Assembly (NCBI GenBank): GCA_965226495.1
Contig: OZ245365.1
Span: 4,704,001 to 4,768,000, forward strand
Source of the DNA: Candidatus Marinacidobacterales bacterium
GTDB taxonomy: Bacteria; Acidobacteriota; Vicinamibacteria; Marinacidobacterales; DATDRI01
Direction: 5' to 3'
Length of the DNA: 64,000 nt
Notes under the pieces: generated by a model
Told to the model about the DNA's origin: nothing
The model's input: only the letters and a program-made list of their open reading frames with translations
Database searches by the model: none
Shown: in pieces, positions 32,193-43,020 of the stretch
Position numbering within the stretch: position 1 is the first letter of the stretch
Layout: each line of letters begins with the position of its first letter
Position numbers and translations under genes: made by a program

Positions 32193-32969
32193 ATGACATA
32201 CGAAAAGATTCGCGTCGAAGCAACGGCGCCTATAGCCCGCGTCACCATGGCTTGGCCCGAAAAGCGCAACGCCCTTTCTATCCAAATGATGAGCGAGCTG
32301 ACCGACGCCCTGTCCAAGGTCGGTGCCGACTCGAGCTTTCGCACCGTGATCCTGGCGGCCGAGGGCACAGTGTTCTCCGCGGGGCACTTCCTGAGTGAAA
32401 TGATCGGGAAGGACATCTCCCATCAACGTCGGATCTTCCAGGCTTGCGTGGACTTGATGCAAGCGGTGCAGAAGATCCCGCAGCCGGTGATCGCCGAAGT
32501 TCATGGAACCGCCACTGCCGCAGGCTGCCAGCTCGTGGCGACGTGCGACTTAGCGGTGGCCTCTGAGCAAGCGAGTTTCGCCACTCCGGGCGTGAAGATC
32601 GGGCTCTTCTGTACGACGCCTATGGTTGCTCTCACGCGCGCCATCGGCAGGAAGCGCGCCCTGGAGATGCTCCTAACTGGTGAGCGTATCGACGCTCGGA
32701 CGGCTGTCGAATGGGGGCTCATCAACCGAGCCGTGCCCGCGGAGCAGCTCAGAAAAGAGACCGAGGAACTGGCCCGCAAGACAACGGATGCCAGCTCTCT
32801 GGTCCTATCACTCGGGAAACAGGCCTTCTACAGTCAGATCGAGCTGGAACAACCCAAAGCCTACGACTACGCCAAGGAGGTCATGAGCCTCAACGCTATG
32901 GCAGCCGACGCGCAAGAAGGAATGTCGGCGTTCCTCGAAAAGAGGAAGCCGGCCTGGACGGGAAAGTAA
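32193..32969 (+). CDS. Enoyl-CoA hydratase/crotonase family (ECHDC3-like)
   Basis: FSAGH, AAGCQLVATCD, TPGVKIGLFC, AFLEKRKPAW. Confidence 0.9.
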   Translation: MTYEKIRVEATAPIARVTMAWPEKRNALSIQMMSELTDALSKVGADSSFRTVILAAEGTVFSAGHFLSEMIGKDISHQRRIFQACVDLMQAVQKIPQPVIAEVHGTATAAGCQLVATCDLAVASEQASFATPGVKIGLFCTTPMVALTRAIGRKRALEMLLTGERIDARTAVEWGLINRAVPAEQLRKETEELARKTTDASSLVLSLGKQAFYSQIELEQPKAYDYAKEVMSLNAMAADAQEGMSAFLEKRKPAWTGK

Positions 32970-32980
32970 CTCGTGCTAGC

Positions 32981-33057
32981 AATCAGTCATCAGTAAGCAG
33001 TAATCAGTACATCCTTACTAAGTTGTACTGTTCACCGGTTACTGTTTACTGATCACT
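32981..33057. repeat. Heptamer-array hairpin (NNNCAGT)n / (ACTGNNN)n, copy 1
   Basis: AATCAGT CATCAGT AAGCAGT AATCAGT ... ACTGTTC ACCGGTT ACTGTTT ACTGATC. Confidence 0.75.
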
Positions 33058-33909
33058 AGCATCATCTGACAGTAGATTCTCCGCCGTAGTCGGCGCCTTC
33101 TCCAGCCGATAGAAGTACCGCCCCTCGGATTCGTGAAAATCAACGACCGCGTAGCGGCGCTCGAAGTAGCCTTGGAACAGCTGCCGCGTCTTCATCCGCC
33201 AGTCGATAGCCAAGTCACGGGCACGGGCCATCATCAACGTGGTATCGGCCGGGTTTTCCACCAGGATCTCGTCTTCTTCCAGATCCAGGCGGAGATCATC
33301 TTCGCAGTGGCGGAATCCGCCGCCACCCTCGCGTGTGCTATTGGCGCGAGGGAGTTCCTCCCAGCCTGAGCGCTCTGGGCGTTGCCCGTTCCTCACCGCA
33401 ACCACCCGGGGGCTATCGATCCACCATTGCACTTCGAAACGGTCGGTCGGAATCCCTCCATGGAGTGGACTCACGCTCTCCCCGTACAGATTCACGATGT
33501 ATTGGCTCGCGACCACTCCTAGTTTGACGATATTGAGCTTCGCATTCAGTGATTGAAGCGGATCGAACGTCCAGTTGATGAGTTCCATCCCCTGAGCCAG
33601 CACCCTGTCCCGTTGGGTCCACTTCAACGTCTCGCCAATCCGTTGGCCTCGATACTCGGGAAGCACTCCCATCATGTGCGAATGGTGGAAAACCTCGCCA
33701 TCCCTCCAACTTACGAGACCGCACACGAACCCGACCATTTTGTTCCCATCGAAGGCACCGATGCAGGTTCCACCGGTGTGGTGCATCACTATCAGATGCA
33801 TGGCGGGCACGAGCTCGCGATCTGGAAATTCCCAAACCTCTCGTTGCAACTCGACGCACGAGTCGTATTCGGAGAGGCTCTTGAAGTCCCGGATCTCGAT
33901 CTTCCCCAT
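33046..33909 (-). CDS. GNAT acyltransferase, COG3375 / D-amino-acid N-succinyltransferase-like
   Basis: SHMMGV, WTFDPL, NAKLNIVKLG, NLYG, PTDRF. Confidence 0.85.
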   Translation of the reverse strand: MGKIEIRDFKSLSEYDSCVELQREVWEFPDRELVPAMHLIVMHHTGGTCIGAFDGNKMVGFVCGLVSWRDGEVFHHSHMMGVLPEYRGQRIGETLKWTQRDRVLAQGMELINWTFDPLQSLNAKLNIVKLGVVASQYIVNLYGESVSPLHGGIPTDRFEVQWWIDSPRVVAVRNGQRPERSGWEELPRANSTREGGGGFRHCEDDLRLDLEEDEILVENPADTTLMMARARDLAIDWRMKTRQLFQGYFERRYAVVDFHESEGRYFYRLEKAPTTAENLLSDDASDQ

Positions 33910-33932
33910 AGTTCGCTCTTACTAGTGAATCC

Positions 33933-35411
33933 CTAAGAGGCTAGCTCTTGGCGGGCGAGTTCCATCAGTGCATCGATGTCTTTCGCCTCCCTCGGGAAAG
34001 CGGCGATACCGAAGCGAAGGGCGGGAACTATGGCGGGAAGCCCCTCGCCAACTCTAAACGGCTGACGCGCGACCGCCCGTTTGACTCGAGAAACGATCCG
34101 CCGCCCCCCGTAACGGCCGGATGCGAAGGCGATGAGCCCTACAAGCTCCTGGGAGGCTAACTCGCCCGCCACATCGACGTCCCGGAGGCTTTCCAAAGCC
34201 TGCTCCGCAACGTGCCAGAGAACTTGACGACGGAAACCGGCGCCGACGAGTTCCACGATCTGGTCCAAATCCATGATCCGGATCAAAATCAACGTTAGGG
34301 GCCTCCCGAGACGCTCGCACTTGGCGACTTCGCGCCGGAGCTCGAAATGAAAGCCTTCCTCTTCGTATATGGGAACGCCCTTGTGAATCGCCTGGGGCCG
34401 CGGGGCTCCTTCAGTCCGGAGAGGCTCCGGCGGAGGCGGGCTCACCAGCTCGCCCGCGTCGACTTCCTCGATCTCCTCCATCGTCTCGACTTCCCTGATC
34501 TCGGTGACCTCGGTGACGTCGTCGACCTCTGCGGCCGCGTCAAGCTGGCCAACCTCCTCAACCGGGCCAAGTTCGTCGGCTTTGCCAATATTGTCAGCCG
34601 CCGTGGGAAGGTTCGCCAATCGGGAGTCGGTCGGCAACAGACGCAGCGTGGTTTCCTCTTCTTCTTGAGGATGCACGACTTCTTGTTTGTCCTTTCCGTC
34701 TCCTTCTGGAGACAGCTTTTCTTCCGATGCCGTGTCCACACTTACGGCGAGTTCGGCAGGCTCATCAGGTTTCGCTATGTCTGTCGGTGCCAGCTCGGGC
34801 TCGGCTTTCTCAAGTTCGGGTTTGTCTATTTTGTCTTCCGGGCCTTCCGACTCGCTCGTCGGCTCCACCGTTTCGGAAGAAGTCAACGTCAGGCTCGCGG
34901 GTCGTTCTCCCTTTAACTTTCCCCAGAGCCGCCCCAGCCAGCCTGTTTCCTCGACTAGCTCTCCCGGCGGTGGCTCCGCGACCGGTGGCTTTACTTTCCC
35001 CGCCAGAGCTGAAGGAGTCGTATCGTGTTTCTTCGCCAGCAAGCCCAATACGACACGTTGCAGCTCCACCGGCCGGCATGGCTTGGTAAGGAAGCCGTCC
35101 GCCTTAAAGGAATGGAGTGCGTCCTTCCGATACTGCTCTTTGAGATAAACGCCGGTGATGATGACAACGAGCGTATCTTGAACCTTGGAGTCAGTCTTGA
35201 TCTGTTTGCAGAGATCGAAACCAGAAATCCCTGGTAGCAAGGCATCAAGGACGATCAGATCGGGCCGCTGCGATTCGACCTCGCTCAACACCTTCTCGGG
35301 ATCGTCCAGAGTTCGAAGCCGAGTACCGAGAGGAAGAAGACTTTCCTTCAACCCGAGCAAGTCCTTCGGGTCGTCGTCCACGATCAAAACCGTCAGATCG
35401 CCTGCTCGCAT
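33933..35411 (-). CDS. Response regulator: REC + acidic linker + degenerate GGDEF-like domain
   Basis: VLIVDDD, DLIVLD, FLTKP; C-terminal RREVAKCERLGRPLTLILI...FGIAAFP. Confidence 0.8.
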   Translation of the reverse strand: MRAGDLTVLIVDDDPKDLLGLKESLLPLGTRLRTLDDPEKVLSEVESQRPDLIVLDALLPGISGFDLCKQIKTDSKVQDTLVVIITGVYLKEQYRKDALHSFKADGFLTKPCRPVELQRVVLGLLAKKHDTTPSALAGKVKPPVAEPPPGELVEETGWLGRLWGKLKGERPASLTLTSSETVEPTSESEGPEDKIDKPELEKAEPELAPTDIAKPDEPAELAVSVDTASEEKLSPEGDGKDKQEVVHPQEEEETTLRLLPTDSRLANLPTAADNIGKADELGPVEEVGQLDAAAEVDDVTEVTEIREVETMEEIEEVDAGELVSPPPPEPLRTEGAPRPQAIHKGVPIYEEEGFHFELRREVAKCERLGRPLTLILIRIMDLDQIVELVGAGFRRQVLWHVAEQALESLRDVDVAGELASQELVGLIAFASGRYGGRRIVSRVKRAVARQPFRVGEGLPAIVPALRFGIAAFPREAKDIDALMELARQELAS

Positions 35412-35792
35412 TCACTCCCTCACGTGGAACGCTCGAGGCAATCCGAGAGAATCTGGCCTCGTGGGTCGCCGTCGGACCCGAGCCTAGCCAACACGCCCGC
35501 ACCCCGAATCCAGTGTTGTGTGTCAAGCAGATCGGCGGGAGTGATCGACATTAGCGGAAGATCTTCTAGGATGGTTCCGGCTCGGACGGCACAAACAGTG
35601 CAACTCGAGGTGGCTAATATAGATCACGGCTGGCACCCATGGCAAGACGGGTGGATGAAACGGCCAAGGCGTCAGGTCTGCGAGCAGATTTTGAATCTGC
35701 TGCGGGTGGTGCTAGTGTACCAAGCTGAGGGGGGTCTATCCCCCCATTAGGGTGTATCTTACAGACGGATCGACGATAGGGATTTTGACTAT

Positions 35793-36305
35793 ATGTCCAC
35801 TCGACTCGGATTGGCTACGATCATTTTGATCGTCCTCGCGCTGGATCAGGCCAGCAAGCTCCTGGTGAGCTCGAACATGGGTTTAGGGGAATCCATTCCC
35901 GTCATCCCCGGGCTCTTCCACCTCACCCTGGTGCGCAACAGTGGGATGGCGTTCGGTCTGTTGTCGGCCCACGCTATACCTTATAAACCGATCCTGGTGA
36001 CTCTCCTCTCCGTCGTCGCATTGGGTGCGGTGGCGGTTTACGCGATTCGGACTCCCTCCTACGAAAGGCTCAGCCACTTTGGCCTCGCCTTCATCCTGGG
36101 AGGGGCGGCGGGCAATATCATCGACCGCATCCGGCTAGGCCACGTCGTGGACTTCCTCGACGTTTTCTACCGAGGAACTCACTGGCCGGCTTTCAACGTA
36201 GCCGACGCCTCCATTTGCACGGGTGTGGGGTTGCTCTTGCTGGATACGTTGTTGCACCGTGAGCCGAAAGAGGCAGTCGCGCCATCCCGCGCACACGAGA
36301 GTTGA
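35793..36305 (+). CDS. lspA: Lipoprotein signal peptidase
   Basis: DQASK, NSGMAFG, GNIIDR, VVDF, FNVAD. Confidence 0.95.
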   Translation: MSTRLGLATIILIVLALDQASKLLVSSNMGLGESIPVIPGLFHLTLVRNSGMAFGLLSAHAIPYKPILVTLLSVVALGAVAVYAIRTPSYERLSHFGLAFILGGAAGNIIDRIRLGHVVDFLDVFYRGTHWPAFNVADASICTGVGLLLLDTLLHREPKEAVAPSRAHES

Positions 36306-36339
36306 TGACCCTGATATTGCCTCCTAGACCGCAATAAAA

Positions 36340-37146
36340 ATGTATCCAAAACTCATCGATTTCGGTCAGCTCAAGCTATTCGGCCAGACATTCCAGCCGA
36401 TTCTTCATACCTACGGCTTTCTCCTCGCCGCAGGGTTTCTCATCGCGCTCCGGCTCGCGGCAACGAGAGCAAAGAAGATCGGTGTCGAGACCCGAATGAC
36501 GATGGATCTCGGCCTTTATATTCTCGTCGCGGCGCTGGTGGGAGCCAAGCTTCTCTTGCTCATTGTCGACTGGGATCATTATCGGCACGATCCATGGAGT
36601 CTTCTGCGCTCGGGCGGGATCTTCTACGGTGGTTTGGTCGCCGCGATCCTCACGGCTCTTTGGTACCTTCGCAAGCACCGCCTGCCCCCCTGGAAAATGG
36701 GAGATATCCTAGCTCCGTCCATCCCTCTCGGACACGGCATCGGAAGGTTGGGGTGTTTCGCCGCCGGTTGTTGCTACGGCAAACCCACGACGTCGTTGCT
36801 AGGAGTTACGTTCACCAACGACTATGCCCATCAAGTCGTGGGCGTGCCGCTAGGCGTTGCACTTCACCCCACCCAGCTCTATGAAGCCGGTGCCGAATTT
36901 GCGATTGCCGCTTTTCTGATGTGGCTGTCTACTAGGAAACGTTTCGACGGTCAGATATTCTGGACCTACGTTGCCCTCTATTCGGTAGCACGTTTCATCA
37001 TCGAGATGTTCCGAGGTGACCTAGGTCGAGGCTCGGTCCTCTCCGGGGCACTGTCGACATCACAGTTCATCGCCTTGATCATGTTCGGAGTCTCTCTCCT
37101 CGCCCTGTTCTTTCTCCGAAAGAGGCCTCGAGCAAAACTGGCCTAG
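36340..37146 (+). CDS. lgt: Prolipoprotein diacylglyceryl transferase
   Basis: FYGG, GRLGCFAAGCCYG, HPTQLYE. Confidence 0.95.
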   Translation: MYPKLIDFGQLKLFGQTFQPILHTYGFLLAAGFLIALRLAATRAKKIGVETRMTMDLGLYILVAALVGAKLLLLIVDWDHYRHDPWSLLRSGGIFYGGLVAAILTALWYLRKHRLPPWKMGDILAPSIPLGHGIGRLGCFAAGCCYGKPTTSLLGVTFTNDYAHQVVGVPLGVALHPTQLYEAGAEFAIAAFLMWLSTRKRFDGQIFWTYVALYSVARFIIEMFRGDLGRGSVLSGALSTSQFIALIMFGVSLLALFFLRKRPRAKLA

Positions 37147-37147
37147 T

Positions 37148-38131
37148 TTGACCCCTGACAACTCGACCACCGCCCCCGACCGAACAATACGCTGGACGGT
37201 TGTCGCCGAAGAGGAAAACGAACGCCTCGATCGAGCCCTGCCCGCCCACGTCCGCAACGCAAGCCGGGCCCAGGCCAAGCGATGGATCGAAGACGGCTTG
37301 GTGAGTGTGGGGGGCAAACGGGTTCGTCCGTCGCACATCCTTCACAAGGGAGAAGAAGTGGTCGTCGAGTTGTTGCCACCGCGGCCCGCGGAGGCAATGC
37401 CCGAGCCGATTCCCCTTGACGTCGTATACGAGGACGACGACTTTCTCGTGGTCAACAAACCTCCCTTCTTGGTCGTTCATCCGGCACCTGGACACCGTAC
37501 AGGTACACTGGTGAATGCCTTGCTGCACCACTGTCCCAACTTGAGCGGGGTCGGGGGTGTCGCACGTCCGGGGATCGTCCATCGATTGGACCGCGGTACT
37601 TCGGGATTACTGGTAGTGGCCAAGAACGACTTCTCTCACCAGGACATTGCCCGCCAGTTCGCTCGCCGCTCGGTCGAGAAACAATACCTGGCCCTCGTCC
37701 ACGGGCGACCACCGTCTACACTTCGAATCGAAAAACCGCTCGGCCGCGACGTCCACAATCGCAAGAAGTTCTCGAGTCGCTCTCGTCGCGCCAAACCAGC
37801 CGTTACCGAGGCCACGAGGCTGGAAGTCCTCCCGCTATCGACCCTCCTGTCCGTCCGCATCGAGACCGGCCGAACACACCAGATCCGCGTCCACCTCTCG
37901 GAAGCAGGATTCTCGATCGTAGGAGACCAGGACTACGGCCGCGCGCGTCGCCCGCCCGCCGGCGCTCAGGCTGTATTCCAGATCCTCAAGGCGTTCGCTC
38001 GACCGGCGCTCCACGCCGCAGTTCTGGGTTTCCAGCACCCGCGCACCGGCGAGCCCTTGCGGTTCGAGGCGCCGCTGCCACCGGACCTTGAAGCGCTCCT
38101 GGAGCGCCTGAAAGAGTCTGAGAGAGGCTGA
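37148..38131 (+). CDS. rluD: RluD-type 23S rRNA pseudouridine synthase
   Basis: S4 domain, VHRLDRGTSG, TGRTHQIRVH. Confidence 0.9.
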   Translation: MTPDNSTTAPDRTIRWTVVAEEENERLDRALPAHVRNASRAQAKRWIEDGLVSVGGKRVRPSHILHKGEEVVVELLPPRPAEAMPEPIPLDVVYEDDDFLVVNKPPFLVVHPAPGHRTGTLVNALLHHCPNLSGVGGVARPGIVHRLDRGTSGLLVVAKNDFSHQDIARQFARRSVEKQYLALVHGRPPSTLRIEKPLGRDVHNRKKFSSRSRRAKPAVTEATRLEVLPLSTLLSVRIETGRTHQIRVHLSEAGFSIVGDQDYGRARRPPAGAQAVFQILKAFARPALHAAVLGFQHPRTGEPLRFEAPLPPDLEALLERLKESERG

Positions 38132-38188
38132 GCAGGCGAGCTAAAATGTGGTTGCGGTGAGAGAGATGGAAGAGATGGACAGGCATCG

Positions 38189-40039
38189 ATGAGACGACTC
38201 ACCAATAGCTTGCTGGGCGGCTTTCTCGCTGCATTGCTCCTGACTCAAGCGCTCCTCCTCCTGAATCCCGAAGTACCACTCGGCATCACAACCGTGTGGC
38301 GAGTTTGGGGAACGCTCGCCATGACGTATGGGCTGGCGGCGGGACTTTCCTTTTGGCTCCTCTTGGTCGCGGTCGAGGCGATACGGGGTCAACCTCTGCA
38401 CGCGGCCTGGTTCTCATTCCGGCTCTTGACGTGGCTCCTGATGCTCGTCCTGGCCTTGGGCGCGCTACTGCTTTGGCACAACCTGTTCCACTTTCGCCTC
38501 TATCTCGCGGACGGAGCCATACGAGCCATTGCCGCCGCAGCAACCACACTAACCGCCGCCGCCGCCATCCTCCTCGTGCTCGGTTTGTTCCGCTACTCGT
38601 TCGGCCGACGCGGCGCCGTGATCGGTTATGCACTCGTTCTTCTTGCAATAGCAGCTTCGAGCCTCCTCCCCTTTTACTTCCGACCGCCCAGCCCGGAACG
38701 CGCCCGTGTGGTGCCGCGTCTCCCGCTCGCGGACAACCCTCTCCCTCGTCGTCTGACAGTAATCGGCATCGAGGGCGCGTCAATGTCTTACGTCCTCCCC
38801 GCGGTTGCGGCGGGGAGGCTTCCGAACTTCGCGAGACTCATCGAAGGCGGTGCGGCGGGTGCCCTCAGGACTCTCTATCCGACCGAGTCGTTGGCGATAT
38901 GGACGAGCATCGCCACCGGAAAACTGCCTCGACAGCACGGGCTCTTCGGTTTCTACCGATATCGGTTCCCCGGCGTAGAACCACTCTTCTCCCGTCTTCC
39001 GGACGGAATCTATTTGCGGTCGCTGGAACGGACCGGGCTAATGACGAGAGCGGCGGTATCATCGCAGCAACGACTCTGCCAAAGTTTCTGGAACATCCTG
39101 AGCAGCTTCGGGGTCGACTTGGGCCTCGTCCGGTGGTGGGCAACATATCCCGCCGAGAAGGTGAACGGTTTCATCGTTTCCGAGCTATTTCATCGCCAAG
39201 TGCGAGAGAGCTTCGATCCCGCGCTGCCTCGACTCACGTATCCACCGGAGCTTTTCGAAGTGTTGAAGGAATACGTCGTCTCACCGTCCGAGATCGACGA
39301 GACGCAGATCGCACGGTTCATCGACGACTCGGAGACGGTCCCCGACGACGACTTCGATTGGGAGCAGGACTTGAAGAGACGTGCGCTCGCGGACGACGCG
39401 ACGTACCACCGTATCGGTGGAATGCTCCGAGCGATGTACGACCCACAGGTTTACGGGATTTACTTTTTTGGGTTGGACGTGGTGGGACATTCCTTTATGC
39501 GCTACCACAACCCGGATGAATTCGGAGACGTCAGCGAAGCGGAGGCGAGGAAATATGGCCGAGTGGTCGACGCCTACTACAATCATCTGGACGCCATTTT
39601 GGGCGAGCACCTGCAGTCCATACGACCCAACGAGATCCTCGTCGTCATGTCCGGGCACGGAATCGAGCCGCTGCCCTTGGCACGACGCATCGTGGAGTCG
39701 GTGAAAGGGAATCCACATCGATCGGGCTACCACGATCAAGGCCCGGATGGTTTGGTTCTCTTCTACGGTCCGGGCATCGCAACCGGTGCGAAGATCCAAG
39801 GGGCTTCCGTGGTAGACATCACTCCCACTTTTCTCTACCTGATGGGGCTACCTTTAGGGCAAGACATGGATGGGGAGCTGCTGACCGGCGTTCTAGAGGA
39901 ATCGCTTGTCCGGAACCAACCGGTGGCGTTCATTTCTTCCTACCATAATTTCCTCATCGAGCCCCGGAGCAGCGAAGTGCCCTACGAATTTCCGTCTCCA
40001 CTCGACCTCCTTCCGGGAATTCTGGACGAGGGAGAATAG
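38189..40039 (+). CDS. Membrane-anchored alkaline phosphatase/NPP superfamily protein
   Basis: Five N-terminal TM segments; LPNFARL, WTSIATGKLP..HG, DVVGH, DITPTFL. Confidence 0.8.
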   Translation: MRRLTNSLLGGFLAALLLTQALLLLNPEVPLGITTVWRVWGTLAMTYGLAAGLSFWLLLVAVEAIRGQPLHAAWFSFRLLTWLLMLVLALGALLLWHNLFHFRLYLADGAIRAIAAAATTLTAAAAILLVLGLFRYSFGRRGAVIGYALVLLAIAASSLLPFYFRPPSPERARVVPRLPLADNPLPRRLTVIGIEGASMSYVLPAVAAGRLPNFARLIEGGAAGALRTLYPTESLAIWTSIATGKLPRQHGLFGFYRYRFPGVEPLFSRLPDGIYLRSLERTGLMTRAAVSSQQRLCQSFWNILSSFGVDLGLVRWWATYPAEKVNGFIVSELFHRQVRESFDPALPRLTYPPELFEVLKEYVVSPSEIDETQIARFIDDSETVPDDDFDWEQDLKRRALADDATYHRIGGMLRAMYDPQVYGIYFFGLDVVGHSFMRYHNPDEFGDVSEAEARKYGRVVDAYYNHLDAILGEHLQSIRPNEILVVMSGHGIEPLPLARRIVESVKGNPHRSGYHDQGPDGLVLFYGPGIATGAKIQGASVVDITPTFLYLMGLPLGQDMDGELLTGVLEESLVRNQPVAFISSYHNFLIEPRSSEVPYEFPSPLDLLPGILDEGE

Positions 40040-40069
40040 CGTTTGCGGCCCGGAGGGCCGCCCGGCCGT

Positions 40070-40158
40070 GCCTTTTGGCCCGAGCGCAGCCTTGAGCCCA
40101 AGCGCAGTCGCTGCGCGACTGCGCTTGGGGCGTGGGGGTGGGGTCCCCGCGCCACTGA
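40070..40158 (+). repeat. Dispersed REP-like element, copy 2
   Basis: GGCCCGAGCGCAGCCTTGAGCC identical to 58020-58041; perfect 15-bp hairpin; GGGGGTGGGGTCCCC module. Confidence 0.75.
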
Positions 40159-40197
40159 TGGCCGCCGTGCTAGAATTGCCCGGCCTCGCACCCGGAT

Positions 40198-40746
40198 ATG
40201 CCGAATAGCAAAGTCTCCACACTGATGGACCCGGACGCGATCGCCGAGGCGATCTCCCGAGTCGCCGATGAGATCATCGCACGCGCTGGAGGCGCCGAGA
40301 AACTGGCACTTGTCGGTATCCGGAGCCGCGGCGTTCCGTTAGCCAGGCGACTCTCCAAGCTCATCGGCCCCCGCGCCGGAATCGAAATCCCGGTGGGAAT
40401 CCTCGACATCACGCTCTATCGAGACGATTTGACGGACATCGGCTCTCAGCCGCTAGTAAGGGAGACCCAACTCCCCTTCCCCATCGACGGCCAGCGCATC
40501 GTACTCGTGGACGACGTGCTGTTCACGGGTCGCACGGTAAGAGCCGCCCTCGATCAACTCATCGACTTCGGTCGACCGGAAAGGATCGAGCTCATGGTGT
40601 TGGTAGACCGGGGCGGCCGTGAGCTTCCCATCCGGGCGGATTATGTGGGTAAAGAAGTCTCGACCTCGAAACGCCAAATGGTCGATGTCCTTCTCGAAGA
40701 GGAAGATGACCGCGACGAGGTCGTCCTCACGGAGGAGGGCGGATGA
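40198..40746 (+). CDS. pyrR: PyrR regulator/uracil PRTase
   Basis: [31 protein letters not shown]. Confidence 0.95.
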   Translation: MPNSKVSTLMDPDAIAEAISRVADEIIARAGGAEKLALVGIRSRGVPLARRLSKLIGPRAGIEIPVGILDITLYRDDLTDIGSQPLVRETQLPFPIDGQRIVLVDDVLFTGRTVRAALDQLIDFGRPERIELMVLVDRGGRELPIRADYVGKEVSTSKRQMVDVLLEEEDDRDEVVLTEEGG

Positions 40747-41732
40747 GGCTCGAGCGAAAGGACCTTCTCGGCATCGAAGAGCTTTCCCCCGAAGAAATCC
40801 TCCTTATCTTGGATACGGCATCCTCCTTCAAAGAGATCGCGAGCCGGCCTATCAAGAAGGTCCCGACCTTGAGGGGTCGGACGGTCGTCAACCTCTTCTT
40901 CGAGTCGAGCACCCGAACCCGAGCCTCCTTCGAAATCGCCGAGAAACGACTCTCCGCCGATAGCCTCAACTTCGGCTCTGCCGGCAGCTCCCTTTCCAAG
41001 GGAGAGAGTCTGCTCGACACCGTGCGTACGTTGGAAGCTATGGCACCCGACATTCTGATCATGCGACACGCGTCCTCGGGCGCACCGCACCTGGTCGCCC
41101 GTATATGCCAGTCGTCGGTAGTGAACGCCGGCGACGGAATGCACGAGCACCCAACGCAGGCACTGTTAGACGCCTTCACAATCAGGGAACGAAAAGAAAA
41201 ACTGGACGGGCTTCGGGTCGCGATGGTTGGCGACATCCTCCACAGTCGGGTGGCGAGATCCAATTTGTGGTTACTCAACAAGATGGGAGCAGAGGTGATA
41301 GTTTGCGGTCCGCCCGCTCTCATGCCGCCCGGCATCGAGAGGCTCGGCGCCCGCGTGGTCCGGACCCTGGACGAGGCGGTCGAGGGTGTCGACGTCGTGA
41401 TGATGCTGCGCATCCAAATGGAGCGAATGGCCGGGAACAACTTCCCCTCGGTACGCGAGTACTCCCGACTCTACGGGCTCACGTCGGAAAGGTTGGGGCG
41501 GGCCAAGCCAGATGTCATTTTGATGCATCCCGGCCCGATGAATCGCGGCGTCGAGATCGACTCGGATGTCGCGGATGGGCCTTACTCCGTGATTCTCGAT
41601 CAGGTCAGTAACGGCGTCGCGGTTCGCATGGCGGTGCTCTACCTTCTCACGGGCGCCGGTCCGGGGCGCAACGAGCCAAGTAAACGGAGTAAGAAAGAAG
41701 CGAGAGCTGAAGACGATGCGCCTTCTCGTTAA
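40743..41732 (+). CDS. pyrB: Aspartate carbamoyltransferase
   Basis: [21 protein letters not shown]. Confidence 0.96.
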   Translation: MRLERKDLLGIEELSPEEILLILDTASSFKEIASRPIKKVPTLRGRTVVNLFFESSTRTRASFEIAEKRLSADSLNFGSAGSSLSKGESLLDTVRTLEAMAPDILIMRHASSGAPHLVARICQSSVVNAGDGMHEHPTQALLDAFTIRERKEKLDGLRVAMVGDILHSRVARSNLWLLNKMGAEVIVCGPPALMPPGIERLGARVVRTLDEAVEGVDVVMMLRIQMERMAGNNFPSVREYSRLYGLTSERLGRAKPDVILMHPGPMNRGVEIDSDVADGPYSVILDQVSNGVAVRMAVLYLLTGAGPGRNEPSKRSKKEARAEDDAPSR

Positions 41733-43020
41733 AAACGGACGGGTGGTAGATCCGGTCTCCAAGGTGGACGCGGTGGTCGACGTCCTCATCGAGGAGGGTC
41801 GCGTCGCCGCTGTAGGGGCAGTGGGTTCACAGCTCGCGGCTTCCGACGCGGAGACGCTCGACGCCAGCAATCGGGTCGTCGTTCCCGGATTAATCGACAT
41901 GCATGTTCACTTCCGTGAGCCCGGATTCGAGTACAAGGAGACGATCGAAAGCGGCGCCGCGGCGGCGGCGGCCGGTGGTTTCACCTCCGTGGCAGCCATG
42001 GCAAATACCTCACCTACCAACGACACGGCTGCCGTGACCGAGTTCATACTTCGACGAGCCGCCGAAGTCGGCACGGTGAACGTTTATCCAGTGGGAGCGA
42101 TCTCGAAGGGCCTCGAAGGAAAGCGGCTCACCGAGATCGGCGAGCTCGTGTCCGCCGGAGCGGTCGCGGTATCGGATGACGGACGCCCGGTCGAAGACCC
42201 TCACCTGATGCGGCGCGCCATGGAGTACTCCACCCTCTTCGACATCCCCATCATCGAGCATTGTGAGACCCTCGCGCTTCATCCCGAGGGAACGATGCAC
42301 GAAGGCTTCTGGTCGACTTCGCTCGGTCTGAGGGGAATCCCGGCGGCATCGGAAGAGATCGCGGTGCGACGGAACATCATCCTCGCGGAGCTCACCGGCG
42401 CCAAGCTCCACATCGCCCATCTTTCCACTAGCGGCGCCCTCGACGCGGTCCGACAGGCTAAGAGTAAAGGGCTACCCATCACCTGCGAGGTGACGCCGCA
42501 TCACTTATTGTTGACGGACGAAGCGGTTCGAAGCTACGACCCCAACACGAAGATGAAGCCGCCGCTGCGCTCAGAAGAGGATCGGCAGGCGATGATTTCC
42601 GGACTCGCCGATGGGACCATCGACGCCATTGCCACCGACCATGCTCCACATCACGCCGACGACAAGTGCGTCGAGTACGACCAGGCTGACTTCGGAATCG
42701 TTGGCCTGGAGACCGCGGTGGCCTTGTGCCTGGATCGCTTGGTGAAACCAGGTATCGTGTCCCTTCTCCGGCTCATCGAGCTCCTTGCCCCGAATCCTGC
42801 CCACATACTCGGCATACCCAAGGGGAGTCTTGCGGTTGGCGCCGATGCCGACCTCACGATTCTCGATCTCGACCGATCGTTCACCGTTCGGCCAGAAACG
42901 TTTCGCTCCAAAGGCCGCAACACTCCGTTCGGCGAGTGGAATCTCATAGGGTGCCCGGTAGCCACTTTGGTCGGTGGCCGCGTCGTTTGGGAAGCTGAGA
43001 ACGAGGATGCGAGCCGATAA
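41716..43020 (+). CDS. pyrC: Dihydroorotase
   Basis: [24 protein letters not shown]. Confidence 0.95.
   Translation: MRLLVKNGRVVDPVSKVDAVVDVLIEEGRVAAVGAVGSQLAASDAETLDASNRVVVPGLIDMHVHFREPGFEYKETIESGAAAAAAGGFTSVAAMANTSPTNDTAAVTEFILRRAAEVGTVNVYPVGAISKGLEGKRLTEIGELVSAGAVAVSDDGRPVEDPHLMRRAMEYSTLFDIPIIEHCETLALHPEGTMHEGFWSTSLGLRGIPAASEEIAVRRNIILAELTGAKLHIAHLSTSGALDAVRQAKSKGLPITCEVTPHHLLLTDEAVRSYDPNTKMKPPLRSEEDRQAMISGLADGTIDAIATDHAPHHADDKCVEYDQADFGIVGLETAVALCLDRLVKPGIVSLLRLIELLAPNPAHILGIPKGSLAVGADADLTILDLDRSFTVRPETFRSKGRNTPFGEWNLIGCPVATLVGGRVVWEAENEDASR

Noticed and set aside
32193-32969. Crotonase as the LiuC (methylglutaconyl-CoA hydratase) for the Aib pathway
   Set aside because: Both usual catalytic Glu positions are replaced (GCQL, TPGV), typical of the ECHDC3-like subfamily; nothing links it to the aib-like genes.
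32981-33057. Possible CRISPR array
   Set aside because: 7-nt periodic units forming a hairpin, no spacers and no cas genes; the same applies to 59485-59552.
35588-35603. Sigma54-like GG-N10-GC site upstream of lspA
   Set aside because: Only a partial consensus (CGGCAC...GTGCA) with no supporting context.
40040-40197. PyrR attenuator leader
   Set aside because: No PyrR-binding loop or U-tailed terminator; the hairpins belong to the dispersed repeat family.
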